64,000 nt of DNA from Ylistrum balloti (Eukaryota), in the NCBI RefSeq assembly GCF_031769215.1, contig NW_026782221.1:1116001-1180000 (forward strand), in the 5' to 3' direction. Under the pieces are notes generated by a model. That model was given only the letters and a program-made list of their open reading frames with translations. It ran no database searches and was not told the origin of the DNA. Numbering within the stretch: position 1 is the first letter of the stretch; each line of letters begins with the position of its first letter. This document shows positions 12,501 to 27,500 of the stretch, piece after piece. Both the position numbers and the translations under genes were made by a program.

Positions 12501-15500
12501 TATTTCTTCCATCCGATTGAACTAAACAATAGAACTGGTTATCATCATTGTTGTCATCATCCAAGTGAACTTATTTACACTCATATTTACATATACCATG
12601 GGCAAGTTAAGATAATATCTATATGTTCTGGTATGAATACAAATACCAAATCTGTGTGTATGCTTTAATGAAACGGCAATGTATCAGGTTGTACAAAGGG
12701 AAATAACTCTTACTGTTTATCCAAATGTCATCATCCACTGTCTTCATGTAACCACTGGACTCCACACCATTGTCCATGAGACGTGGTCTGTAGATAAATG
12801 GCCGCCCAGAGGCACTCGTTCCAGAGTAGAGGGCTGACACATTGCCAGGATTTCCACTTTCTGAATTGCACAAGAGAATAAACAATGTTTATTTAATCAA
12901 GGCAGTCTTGACATCCCACCTACCTGGAAGGACATATTTCAGATTTGTATACTAAATGATTGTTTTTATTCACAGCATAAATGTAAGATTTCCTGTGAAT
13001 ATCACAGCTACATCAATGTTAATCAATCAATAAATGTATACATCATCATTGATTTAACTCTACAGTTCCTGATTTCTCATTGGTTGATCGTACCAACATA
13101 AAGCGCGGTTGAGTTTTGGAATGGATCATTGGGACACATGGACTCTGCGCTGATACCCTGGCTTTCCCTCGTCTCCATTACATCAATCTGAAACGGTTAC
13201 AATTACATTGTTACTAGAAAAACTTGTCTAATATGTAATAAATCTCAACCCTACATAATGATCAAACAGATGGTCTAGGAGACTAACATCTTAAAGACAT
13301 CTTCAGAGACAATCTTTTGTGTGTACAATTAAATACAATAACATCTTATCATGTGAGAACTGAGAGACAAATATATACTAAACCTCAAAAACTAATATCA
13401 ATTCACTATTTTTCATTCACATAATGAATAACGTTACGGAGTCAACTGAAACATGTTACACTGTACCAGTATGTCAAGTACAACAGTTCAACATCGAATT
13501 AAAACACCTACTGTATATTTTCAATGATGTAATGAAAGCTGTATCATTAATTAGACAAGATAAGATATCATTTCCAGGACTAACCTCTATACACACAACC
13601 CTTGACAGAAACTGCACTAGTTTGGCAGTGTTATACTGTCAAAATTTCTTAATTCTTTCCAGGCCTGGAAATACCATTCTAACTCAAATCAAGGGTTGCA
13701 TACAGAAGTACACCTTAGAAATGATACTGATATGGTTGATAAAGAACAACCATATGTATGTGTTACAGGGTACTACCTGAAACACCCATATGTATATTTA
13801 AACACCACTCTGGTTTTACTCTGGGCCAAAAATATGTGTGCAGAGGTCACGCAGAGGTCATGTGGCTTGGTATGGTGGATGGGGTTACTATGATACGGGT
13901 ACAGACATACACATCATATATCAGTGGGGTTAAAACAACATGTAACATCGTATACCAAGGACACATGCATACAGCACTTTATATAGTTATAACAACCTTC
14001 CGACTTTTGCTCCTGAAAGCTGATGGCTAGACAGATGGTAGATGTAGACAATTTATCATAAAAATTTGGCAGTAAATGTGATCTATCTAATATTTAAGTT
14101 AGTAAATACTATTCAAAATGTCATTTCTACGAGAAAAGCTGATCCTTTACATGTTTTCTTTCCTTTTGAACACAACTTCTAGCATTAAGTTATCACATAA
14201 TGGTAAATACTCCTCTTTAAACCAAACTTATGGATTAACAGAAATCACACACAAAACTTGAAAGATCTAAAATGAAAAAAGATGACATTGTCTGATATTC
14301 CTACAATAAAATTAGACACTGCATGTGTATTATTTTCACTAAACCCTTTACAGATTAGTAAACAAGAGCTGTTTACCAGCTGACTTACATTTAGGGTGTA
14401 GCCAAGAGGCCGCATGGCACCTGTCCCACAGAAATAGATCTGGTTTGGATCTGACGTCATATATCTTTCTATAAATCGAATATGATTCTGGCAATCTGGA
14501 AACTGTCAAATAAAAACAAGCGGTATTATAATTTGATGGTAATACCTTAAACCAAATGTAGATATTGTTAATTCTATTAAAGACAAGTGTTCATAGAGAT
14601 GCTTATACATGATAAACAGACTCTAAATATAAGTAAGGAATAGATCCTTAACACTTCTTCTGTTACTCCTGACAAGGCTTTCTGGATAGATCCTTTCACA
14701 AGTTACACTGTATCTTAAAAATATCAGAACAAAATCCCTTTTCTTTAATTTGAATCAAAATGTTGTAAATATCACTGTCTGTATACAGAAATGTAACAGT
14801 CAACAACTGAAGCATATCTCTCATTAGATATTGGAGACCACTAATAAAACTCACCTCTGGTTTAGCGTCATATTTACAATAACTTATTTGAGTATCTGTA
14901 GCTAGAACTTTTAATTTGTAGTGATCCTGTAAAATAAAGAATATGGTTATCTGACATAAATCACATTAAAACATGTAGAGTATATGCAAATTGTAAAATG
15001 ATTTGTTCAACAAAAAGCTCAGTTTGTCTGAATTCTCACCTCTTCTGAAGCTTACTTTCCAGTTTGTTAAGTCAATTTCTGAAATGACCTGAGGCTTTTA
15101 GTTATTGAGAAAAAGTTTTTGAAAGATTTTAACATATTTGACCCCTGTGACCTTGAAAGTGGAGGAAGGTAAAAATTTGTAGCCCTTTCTCAAAGCAGCT
15201 ACTAGCCAATTATCAGTAACCTTGGCTTTGTGGTTAAGAAGAAGTTGTTTGAAGGGAAAAGATAAACCGAGAGTACATGCCTTGCTCACTTAAGCTTCAA
15301 GCTCACCTTCCTTAAGGTAGAGTGAGTTAATAAGATACAGTGTCAAACCATTGCCCTTGAGTTGATGGGTTCAGATGCATCAGTTCTCACTGAGATTTCA
15401 GGTTTCTTTGAGTTACCTCCCCTTGACAAGGTGCAATTTTAACAGATACATAGGTAAAGTATCAAAATGAACTTTCATTGACATTTAATATATATATATA

Positions 15501-18500
15501 AATATATGTAATCATAAAAAAATCAATGAATTTTTTTTTAAAGTGACTTCTATTTAAATATCATATTTAAAAAAGATTTCCTGATCCTTATCAAATTAAA
15601 AATTCAATGTACTGTTTGTTGTGACCCTATTTTGAATTCATCTTTCTTGTAGTGTTGTAAATGAAATATAACATTCTTTCTACATGAATTGTAGGATTTA
15701 ATTATCCAACATTATTCCACATACAATTGTATTGTATTTATTATTAACAGTCATCAATGAATTAGCATCCAGATTTATTAAAAATAACCACTTTCTTCAC
15801 TTGAATCCATGACACGGAGACTTTTGAGTTCAAATTACATTCTCCTACTGTTAAAATATAATTCCAAATACTTTACAGAAAGATATTAGATCCCTGGTCA
15901 AAACACACAACAATATTTAATACTTACAAATTTCTTAGAAATATTGGCTACATTCAAGCGAATTATATGATTCCTGGAAGAGAAAAAATCATAATATGTA
16001 AATACTTATTATGCCACACATGAAACACATAAAAACAAATCAAGTGTTAATCCTGAGCTATTAAATGATGAATGTTGAAAAGGAATAGTAAGATTGAGGG
16101 AGGTAACTCTTGTGACAATAACACCAGTCAGCTTTGAAGGAAGGCTGTTTTTCACCTTTATCTAAAGACATCATCAAGAATTCTGTACATTTGGACTTTG
16201 TTAACTAAACTGCTAATTCTAAAACTTTTGGCATCATATGTGGCAATCCCACTTGTAAGAACCAAAGTACCATTACTGTAAAACTGCTAAAAAACATGTC
16301 AATATTTTAATATTTCTTTCTTAAATCAATACGGAAGAATTTTAGAAAGGTTTTAATATTTTTTTTCCTAAATAAAAGGAAGAATTTAGAAATGTTTAAA
16401 TATCTGTTTCCTACATTAATGGAAGACACTGTACATGTGTGTTAAACATTGATTTGTGGTCACATTATTGCTGATGATGTTGTTCTTCCTCATTTACAAT
16501 CATTTAATCTAATCATTTACAATAAAATTCTCCCTGGAAAAGCTTTGATAGTTATTGGATAATTTTCAAACCAGGAAGTGTTTATATAATGTTAACAACT
16601 GGCTGTCTGCCCAACATTCACCACTAAATACAACCTTTTTAAAGCTGATGAGAAAGAGAATCACCACTTAGATGACACGAGAGGTTAGTTATTGTAGTTT
16701 ATTTTGTAATCAGAGTAGTTATCACATTAACAAATCTACAGTCTTCGGTGAAACATGACCCATCACATTGTAACTGAATGATTAGAAACATAATGTAACA
16801 TATTTCTTTATAAATATAATTCAAGATTAAAGTACTGTATCAATTTTTTTCAGGAATGTCGAGTAAAATTGATAAAGCCACCAGGTTCTAACCCTCCAAG
16901 CACTATCTACCTTATGTAGAGACCTATATGAAGCTGTAATCTTAGTGGCATTATTACACTAGAAATACTTACATAGCTCCTACAAATAACGAATTAGAAG
17001 CTTCATCTATATGTAAATATCTGTAATATAATTTCTCTGGTGCCATGATGTCACCCTCATAAGCTGTATCCACTTGAAGATCTGAAAGGACACAATAAAA
17101 CATATATAAAGTTACAAGTTAGAGTTGGAGTAAGATAAATAAGGAATACACAAGTGTAAGAAATAAAGATTCACAAGAACTTTAAACATCACTTTTTGTT
17201 CCTGCTGTGCAGTAATGACACAGAATCTGCCTTGTTTCTCTAAGGTGTACCATAAAATGTAGAATATTTCAGGAATTCTATTTCTCTGGGTTTTCTTGTC
17301 ACCTTAACTTATCATCTAAAATCTTAAACATACGTCCACTAACATCTCTCACATATCATCAGATTAATGATTTATACATTGGCCTTGTTAAGGATGCATG
17401 CTACCTTGAATGAAGCTTGCATCTCCCTAAAGAATGGTATATCAGTCAAAGAGACACAGATGTTATAAATCATATATGACACATACTTTTAAGAGGGATG
17501 CTAGAATGAATGTAATATTGTGGCTAGCATGCAGATATATGTGTGTTTGTGTGGGTATGTGTTTTTAAATAATAAGGGATGATAACAGTAACACATATCA
17601 CATGAATTTCCCTAAGGGAAATAACTCTAAATGACTAGAATAATGTACGTAGCCTTCAGGCAGGGAACTCTTATATAAAAAAAAAAAATGTTGAAGTCTC
17701 GAAGCCAGTAACTTAGTGACAAGATGTTACCTAAACAGAAATCAGTGGGATGTCTTGGGTGATATCAAGTTTGTAGTCACTAGACTTCAATTCCCAGTTA
17801 TGCATTATTTAACAAACACACAAACAATTTTTACAGAAATCACTTGATATTTTAACAAAAATACCCCGTGTATTCTTCTGATTGAATTCTTATTTATTAT
17901 ACAGCAAATAGACATGTATGTCAGTATTACTTTAGCACACATGTGTTGTCATGGCTGCCTTGTAACCATGGTGATAAGATTTTCTGCAGCAATTTATCAG
18001 TACAATCAAGTAAAAAGTCATGTTTTCCTTTCTCACAAAACATACCCATTATTTTTTTTTATCAAATCTAGGGCACATTAATTTAAATAAGTATTCTCCA
18101 ATTCACCTATTTCAATAACAGGGAGATAACTTAGCTATACCACACATTTCTCAGACTTGAGGGCACCAATACTACCAGTATGTCAGATATACACCTATTA
18201 CTGAAAGAAATCACAATTTTTCATATTTTTTAAATATAAAAGCCATTTATTCCACAGGTCCTCTATTTTTAGTTTTTTCCTTATCTAATTGGGTTTCCAT
18301 GACTCAATTTATTTTTTGATTGATAATCTACTCCAAGAGTGACATGGTTTCAACAGTGTTTTCCTTAAAAGTTTATAGAATTAGCCAGTGAGGTTATTAT
18401 ACCTTGAAAACTTATAATACTTTGAGGTAACATAAGTACGAAACATACAGGGGTCACTAAGAACATAGAACTCAACCTTTGAGGCAAATGAACTTTTTGG

Positions 18501-21500
18501 AATACATTGCTGCATCCTGTGACCACTTGACGATGTCCAAGAACCAGTAGTAAGGTAGGGTTTGACCATATGAGATAACCTTGGTCCTGTCAGGAACACA
18601 TCATAGCACTAGATATAGTAATTACATGGTGTGACCTTGTGAGGAGATTTAGGGCCATTTGTAAGGAGATTTTTGGGCTCTTTGGTAATTGTTAGATACA
18701 CAGTAGGTACATGGTGTGACCCTGTAAGGAGATTTAGGGCCCACTGGAAATTGTCCGATACACAGTAGGTACATGGTGTGATCTGTTGGGGTTATCACAG
18801 TTCACACTGCTATGTGGCCTGGTTTCAGTTAACAAATTACACAGTAACATATGTTTTATTCATTGTACCCTGTGGATATGTAAATGTTTTCGTTATCAAA
18901 ATTAACTTTGGCGTTCTGGTAGAGAAGAAAATTAGCATTGAACACAGACTGATTGCAACAGACCATAAATAAGCTGACTTGTTGTGTTGGCTTTGGAGGC
19001 ACAAGTTGGTCATCACTGGTAAAACCATCAAAATTTTTACAACTAATATTACCACCAAAGTGAACTCAAGTTGTCCGCAGAAAATAACAACACTGTTTAT
19101 TGGGTCAAACCTAGTATTATACTCACAATCTCAAAATTTTATCTTATATTTCAGAACATTTTCTCTGGTTGGTGATGTCAATAGAATAGAAGTTATCATA
19201 ACACAACCAGTAGAAGATTAGAGTGTGACGTTTCGATGACTATACGGTCACTTTCTTCTTATAACACAACCAGTAGAAGAGTAGAGTGTGACGTTCCGAT
19301 GACTATACGGTCACTTTCTTCTTATAACACAACCAGTAGAAGATAAGAGTGTGATGTTTCGATGACTACACGGTAACCTTCATCTTATAACACAACCAGT
19401 AGAAGATTAGAGTGTGACGTTTCGATGACTACATGGTCACCTTCATCTTATAACACAACCAGTAGAAGATAAGAGTGTGATGTTTCGATGACTATACAGT
19501 CACCTTCATCTTACAACACAACCAGTAGAAAATAAGAGTGTGACGTTTCGATGACTACACGGTCACCTTCATCTTATAACACAACTAGTAGATGATTAGA
19601 GTGTGACTACAAGGTCACCTTCCTCAGACAAATGACCAGTGTGGAGCATACTAGCAGTGACATACATAGTGTACCAAGCATAGTGGAATTGACTACAGCA
19701 CATTGTTACCATGATGAGTATCTTTTTGGGTTATAATCTGTTTACCATCTCGTCTTACTATATTATATATGTGGTCCTTTTGTTACAATATATATACATT
19801 TGTTAACTAACAAAAGATTTGAGATATCTTAGGGATCTGTGAGAAGCAGGTTATTTCCAAGGTAAACAAATTATCTACAAAAATGGTGGGGAGTGGACAT
19901 GTCCTGTAGGGTAAAGGTAAACAAATTATCTACAAAAATGGTGGGGAGTGGACATGTCCTGTAGGGTAAAGGTAAACAAATTATCTACAAAAATGGTGGG
20001 GAGTGGACATGTCCTGTAGGGTAAAGGTAAACAAATTATCTACATGTATGGTGGGTAGTGGACATGTCCTGTAGGGTAAAGGTAAACAAATTATCTACAT
20101 GTATGGTGGGGAGTGGACATGTCCTGTAGGGTAAAGGTAAACAAATTATCTACATGTATGGTGGGTAGTGGACATGTCCTGTAGGGTAAAGGTAAACAAA
20201 TTATCTACATGTATGGTGGGTAGTGGACATGTCCTGTAGGGTAAAGGTAAACAAATTATCTACATGTATGGTGGGGAGTGGACATGTCCTGTAGGGTAAA
20301 GGTAAACAAATTATCTGTAGGGTAAAGGTAAACAAATTATCTACATGTATGGTGGGGAGTGGACATGTCCTGTAGGGTAAAGGTAAACAAATTATCTACA
20401 TGTATGGTGGGGAGTGGACATGTCCTGTAGGGTAAAGGTAAACAAATTATCTACATGTATGGTGGGGAGTGGACATGTCCTGTAGGGTAAAGGTAAACAA
20501 ATTATCTACATGTATGGTGGGGAGTGGACATGTCCTGTAGGGTAAAGGTAAACAAATTATCTACATGTATGGTGGGGAGTGGACATGTCCTGTAGGGTAA
20601 AGGTAAACAAATTATCTACATTATGGACATGTCCTGTAGGGTAAAGGTAAACAAAGTAAACAAATTATCTACATGTATGGTGGGGAGTGGACATGTCCTG
20701 TAGGGTAAAGGTAAACAAATTATCTACATGTATGGTGGGGAGTGGACATGTCCTGTAGGGTAAAGGTAAACAAATTATCTACATGTATGGTGGGTAGTGG
20801 ACATGTCCTGTAGGGTAAAGGTAAACAAATTATCTACATGTATAGTGGACATGTCCTGTAGGGTAAAGGTAAACAAATTATCTACATGTAGGGTAAAGGT
20901 AAACAAATTATCTACATGTATGGTGGGTAGTGGACATGTCCTGTAGGGTATAGGTAAACAAATTATCTACATGTATGGTGGGGAGTGGACATGTCCTGTA
21001 GGGTATAGGTAAACAAATTATCTACATGTATGGTGGGGAGTGGACATGTCCTGTAGGGTAAAGGTAAACAAATTATCTACATGTATGGTGGGTAGTGGAC
21101 ATGTCCTGTAGGGTATAGGTAAACAAATTATCTACAAAAATGGTGGGGAGTGGACATGTCATGTAGGGTAAAGGTAAACAAATTATCTACATGTATGGTG
21201 GGTAGTGGACATGTCCTGTAGGGTAAAGGTAAACAAATTATCTACATGTATGGTGGGGAGTGGACATGTCCTGTAGGGTAAAGGTAAACAAATTATCTAC
21301 ATGTATGGTGGGTAGTGGACATGTCCTGTAGGGTAAAGGTAAACAAATTATCTACATGTATGGTGGGGAGTGGACATGTCCTGTAGGGTAAAGGTAAACA
21401 AATTATCTACATGTATGGTGGGGAGTGGACATGTCCTGTAGGGTAAAGGTAAACAAATTATCTACATGTATGGTGGGTAGTGGACATGTCCTGTAGGGTA

Positions 21501-24500
21501 TAGGTAAACAAGCAACAGAACCCACTATAAAACTAACTGATAAAAATATGGCAACTTTTAATTTGCCTGCAGTTCCTAAGACGTCAGACAGAAGACTTAG
21601 GTCACACAAGCATTTTATACTGCATTTGAAGGTGATGTTAGTGTCTAGCTGTTTACCTTCCTGTATAACTTCCCTATCTGCTTCTGGTGTGACTGATGTA
21701 CAGTGTATCAAGGTTTCTACTGTTTTTGTTTCCTGACTTTTTCTGATCAGGATATGTATCAGGGTGTGGTCAGCTCTACCTGACAGTGTCAAGAAACTTC
21801 TACCATATAATTGGGATAGATTTCCTGTCAAATATTTAAATGAGTGCATTTACCCCGCACATCATTGTAGGTTCCTACAATTAAAATTGGTAACACCGAG
21901 GAAGTCCTTGTTCTATGCTGTGTATTTAACAGTTTCATGGCAAATTAGTCAGAAATATTGATTCTGTTTCAATCAATGCAGCCCCCAAACTTTCAGTAAT
22001 TTGTTAAATGAAGATAACACAGATAAATGTAAGACCTTTTGCTGACATTTACAAAAAAGGTATATATGTGATTACTGCTTCAACTATTTACTTCATTAAC
22101 CTTTAGTTTAAATCATTACTCCTTAGTTTTCCCAAGATTGAACATTAATGAAACGGCCTATCCAGCATGCCTAGTCTTAACCAACATAATGCTACAATCC
22201 TATTTCTATTGAAATCTACAAATTATGTGTTTTATTTCAATACAACTTGCCATTTTGAGTAATATTCTAATGTATCATATTTGATAAAGTGTTGGATTGG
22301 AAACTGGATTATGTTAGGTTACAAAGGGTGTCAGATTAAACAGACATCAATTTACCTATGTTGTGTCACATTGAATGTCAAATAAAAGCTTCTGTCCCAA
22401 AGTTGATAGATTAGAGAGGCTAATTCTATTAAAATATTCTATCTTTCTGATAGATTCTACTGCTGATTTTTTTTATTATCATCAAAAACAAGTTCAGAGC
22501 TTATTAATTTTGCAACACTCTTGAAAATGCCAACACCAGAACAAGATAACCTTAACATACAGAAATGTACAACCCACACCAAGCATGTTGTTACACTGAT
22601 AAATGAAAATACCCAGTGTAGTTTTTGTCATAATAAAACATTACATATAGGAAACATTACAGACAAATTACTTCAATTTGAATGTATGACTTTTGCCTTT
22701 AGAATTTTACAATTGGGAAACTAAAGGCCAGAAGAACGATTACAAACAAATTATTCTGAAACATCTGCATTTGCTGAAGAGGCAAAAATTCCCTAATACT
22801 ACTTCATCTACATTTAATAACGCAGAAGTACATACATATACTCCAGCATGTTTCATATGTGATTGTGTAGTTACAATTTGATAAGGTTATTTAATGACCG
22901 AAGCAATCAGATCCAATTACTTATATCATACAGTAATGTTGGTGTCAAGCCAAATGTTATATTTCTGTTTTTTTGTATGAATTATTTTCAAGTAGTCAAT
23001 CTAAGGTCTATAATTTGAAAAAAATTCATGTGCATGTGTTAATTATAAAGTGCTTAAGACTACTTCAAATCATATATATTCTAAATGAAAGTTTAAACTG
23101 AAGTTCTATTATAACAAGATGTATAGACAAGAGGCCAAAACGTAACACTTAAACTAATAATTCTAATCAGGTTTAAACTATATCCAATCCAAAATGAACA
23201 AATGGTGTTCAAAAATGTGATTTTCCTATGTAAACTACAGTAAACTTTACCCCCTCCCCTTGGGGAAATGAGAGACCCTGGGGTCATGAAATTTACAATT
23301 TAGTAAAGCATCTGAAGGCCTTTCCATCCATGAAGAGTGCTTGATTCTACCATACCTAGGATTTCAGAAGAAGATTTGTCTAACTTTCAATCAATTTTGA
23401 CCCTTTTTGTCCCCGCCCCTCAGGCCCCTGGGATTGGGGACAATATACAATTTACAATTTTGGTGCGCTTTTAGACATGGGAGGTTTTTGAAAAATTTCA
23501 TTGAATCAGTTCAGGAATTTTCCAGAAGAAGTCGAAAATGTTACAAGTTTACGACACATGACACCAGACAAGGGGATCGCAATATGTTATTCTGACAGTC
23601 AGGTGACCTAAAAAGGAAATACTCTGTATATCGTATGATATAGTATCAGTGATGATGTTACCAGGCCATGTATATTATATTTGTAGTATTTGGCATTTTA
23701 CCATCCACATGATATCTTCTTTCGAAAGATAAACAGTTTGACCAATATCAGATGGGACACAACCAGTTGTTATGAAATTGAAGTAAATTTCAATGATTTG
23801 TATATTAGTGTGATAACATCTATGGGTGTCAAATGACATAATGTTTGAAATGAAAAATAATGGGTATTGATACTGCAATTCTTCTCAAAATACTAACTGT
23901 GTATTTTCACAAATTCATTTCATGGAAAACATTCTTTATGGACCACATTTCCAAAAGCATATCATACACTTATACAGGATGTGATCTAATAAGAAACCAT
24001 GCTTAGTCAGTGCATCTATATGTTAATACTTGTGTAACATTAAGTTTGAGAATTCTGCAGGAAAAGGGTTCCCATCTCATTACACAATGATATTTACATA
24101 ATCATCCAAATACTGTTGAAAAGAACAGTCTGATAGAGATGAACGTTAAAAAAAATGAAGGTAAATTGTGATTCAAACCAAGCTCCCCAAAACTCAGGAT
24201 GCAGAGCACTACTTGGTTGATTTAAACTGTCCAGCACATAAATTTGTAATCAAGCTCCAGATAAAATAGCCTTCTTGACCAAAGTGATACAATGTGAGGT
24301 TTTGTGAATGATACTTCAATATAAGAACAGTGAAGATAAAATAAACCTCCACATAAACCATTGTGTACAGAAACTGCCTTCCATGGAAGTAGGATTAGTG
24401 TTTTTTATGACAACATTTCTGTTCCGGTTTTATGTTAATGGATGTTAAGTGAAATTCAGACATTCTGTACCCTATAGCCTGGTGATTACTATACAGTACA

Positions 24501-27500
24501 CACTTCAAAGCCCCCAAGTTTTGAGCCAGTAAAATTTGAATTAGCATTGTTCAGGTTTAATCAGGCTTTGATGCCATAAACCAAGGGTGTATTGTAGAGA
24601 AATTTAAAGGCTGTCCATCAGGTTGTGAGACAACATATCAATACATCATAGGTCTTCCTAAAGGTATATTTTTCATTGTAATACAACTCATCCTTCCAGA
24701 GAAAACATTCAAAAGTCATAAGCATAATTCCTTTCTTGTCAAACTTTCTTGATATTAAGCATGTTTAAGGTAAAATTCAACAGTTTTATGATGGCTGTAA
24801 TCCATATCTGTACCATAAAGTAGACTTAACATATTAGCACCTGCTAAGCATCATGTTCACAAAGGTTAAGATAGTGCTTTCATTTCAATGTCATAAATTT
24901 CAGTATTATTCCATGACATTTCTGCAGGCATTTTGGTGCATTTTCCAGATCTTAGTTGGGCGTGATTCACTGGATTGTACACAACGGCCACTATATCATG
25001 AAGGAGATGTATTGGTATTGGTCTAAGAATGAATTATAACACAAATTATACCAATCACATTCAACAGTAATCTGACAGCCATTTATAGGTTTCTTTAACG
25101 TGAACAAAACTGAATTCTACAAATAGCATAGTTTATGGATAAAATCGTGTGATCTTTGAATATCCTTGTGTAAAAAGCTCTTCAACTAATGAAAATGGAA
25201 GTGATTATCACCCATTAAGGTTCAGAGGTTTGCAATTTCTTTCAGGAAAACCCTTGGCAATCTCAAGATGTTCATGTAAATGGTAATGAAGGGAACAATA
25301 CATTTACAATATGACTCATGATATCAGGCACCAGTGGTCGGTGTCCCTGAGAGACAATCAGAACCCTGCTCTATCATCACAGCTGTGTTATCCCAGTCAA
25401 GGATTTGGTGCCTGCAGGCATCTCAGTGAGGCTGAGAAATCCATTTCAATCACGGATTTTAATTTCATTTTGGAACTATAAATTTCTATAATAACATTAT
25501 AAAAGAAATCCATTATAATTTTCATCTTCAACCATTGTCTACCCTTTTAATGGCATCAGGCCCTCAACATTAGGTTTGACGCTTTTCCAACATTACAGTA
25601 TTTTTAATGATTTGGAGAGTTGTTCTAGACACTGAGGACGCTGCTTAACAATTGGTCCAACACTAATTGATACCATGGACTTGACATAAACAAAATTTCC
25701 TAAATTTTAACTGTCGTTGTATTGTGGCAAACCATGTGATAACTGGTCCTAATTGAAGACATATCCTTACCTCTATTGTCCTTAGTACAATTTTATTGCC
25801 ATTGTAAAGAAATTGGTCCTCAAAAGTCCAACGATTTGTAACACATATTAAGAATATCAAATGGATTAAAGATTAAAAAATCAATTCTGGTTAAGAGTGT
25901 ATTACTCTGTTAAGACTTGTTCACAAATCTATTAGCATATGAAAAAATTGACTCTTGAGATAATTTTCAGTTATTACACAATATCAAAACAATTTTCAGA
26001 CGATATTTAAGATTGAATGTTTTTTTTTTATTTACTACAATGTCTTACTACATAGGTGTATTATGTACTTTTAGGTTAAACTATCTGATGTGACTATAAA
26101 ACCTAGTTAAACACACACGACTATAAATAGGAAACGTATCAAATATCACCAGGGTCACAGTATCTAGTAACATCATCTTGATCCTCGTAATTTAAAACAA
26201 TTAAACAGAGGCCAAATTACATGTAAGTTATCAAGAATGCTTAAGATCATTCATAAATAACTTGTCTGATTTAAACCCAATACGTTCAGTAAAATTTTAA
26301 ATCATTCCTTCTTGTGTATTTCAATGTAGGTAAAGTACGATTTACAGATTAAGGAAGATGATGTTGGTTAACAGGGTCAGTGATCAAAAACTATATTGCT
26401 AAAAATCTAGATACCAGTATAACTGATCCTTCTAAATCTAAATACCAGTATCACTGAATTCCTAAGACATTTCCAGATCGTGAACCCAATTGACTGTGAA
26501 AAGATGGGTTAATTAAAGAGCTACTGGTGTTGTAAGATAAGATGGGAACTATCTTTAACTCCTTGTGCTGCTGGGCTGTGCTGGGCTGTGCTGCTGCTGT
26601 TCAGGAACCTCCTTGTAGAAGATTGCACTATTTATTACTTGAGGATGTCTTTTGTGGTTCTAGAATGCTTTCATCAGAAGTTAGGAAGGGAAGTTTAGCA
26701 TTGTCCTGACTTATCTACCAGTAAACCACTTCTTTGACGAGGAGGTTTTATCATCCAGCTCATCACGCCCCATCCTTTGTATATATAGGACCAATATACT
26801 GGTGCCACTTGTGTGAATGTCCTGATAAGTATGGGTACCATCACAGTCAAAAACAATACTGAGATATACACCATAGAGAGATACTATGTAGTTACTACTG
26901 TTTAGAGATTACCTATCAGAAGACCCATGTAACATGGCATTTATCTATCATATAAATGCATTAACATGATGCCCTAAACCATTAGCTATGGAGCATATAA
27001 GGTGATTATTTAACTGGTTTAAGACATTCCACATTACACAAGTAAAAGAATTTTTAACACATAACTTAAAGTCATGAGAAAATAAATAAAGGTTTCTTAA
27101 TGCAAATCCTCAAATTTATTTCCCTTCAAGTTATGAACATACTGACCTAATCATTTTAACTTAAATGAGGTGTCAAGACATGATAATGTATTACACTGCA
27201 TACCTGGTTACTATGTATCAATGTTTTTCACAAAAGTCAGAAGAAAATGATAATCACAACGGTCTGTGAGTAAATCTTTCATTTCTTCTTGTTTTCTGCT
27301 AGTTTCATTAAATCTAAGTTTTAATTCTGATTCAGTTGACACATTTTCTTTGTTGTCCATGTTTATATTTGTCATTTTGATGTAAACATGAAGAACATTT
27401 CAGGGTTTGAAATTTCCTACCCATTAACATTCTCTGGTTTCAAATCTGATCTGTTGGGAAAGGTTAATCATATGTTGCATTCTTCATTTTTTTGAGTTTG

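Noticed and set aside
15340-15420. Possible tRNA-derived SINE (gggttcagat, B-box-like)
   Set aside because: The B-box match is poor, and there is no clear A-box or cloverleaf.
19859-21510. Regular arrays here and elsewhere as possible CRISPR loci
   Set aside because: The units are contiguous with no unique spacers, there are no cas genes, and the context is eukaryotic.
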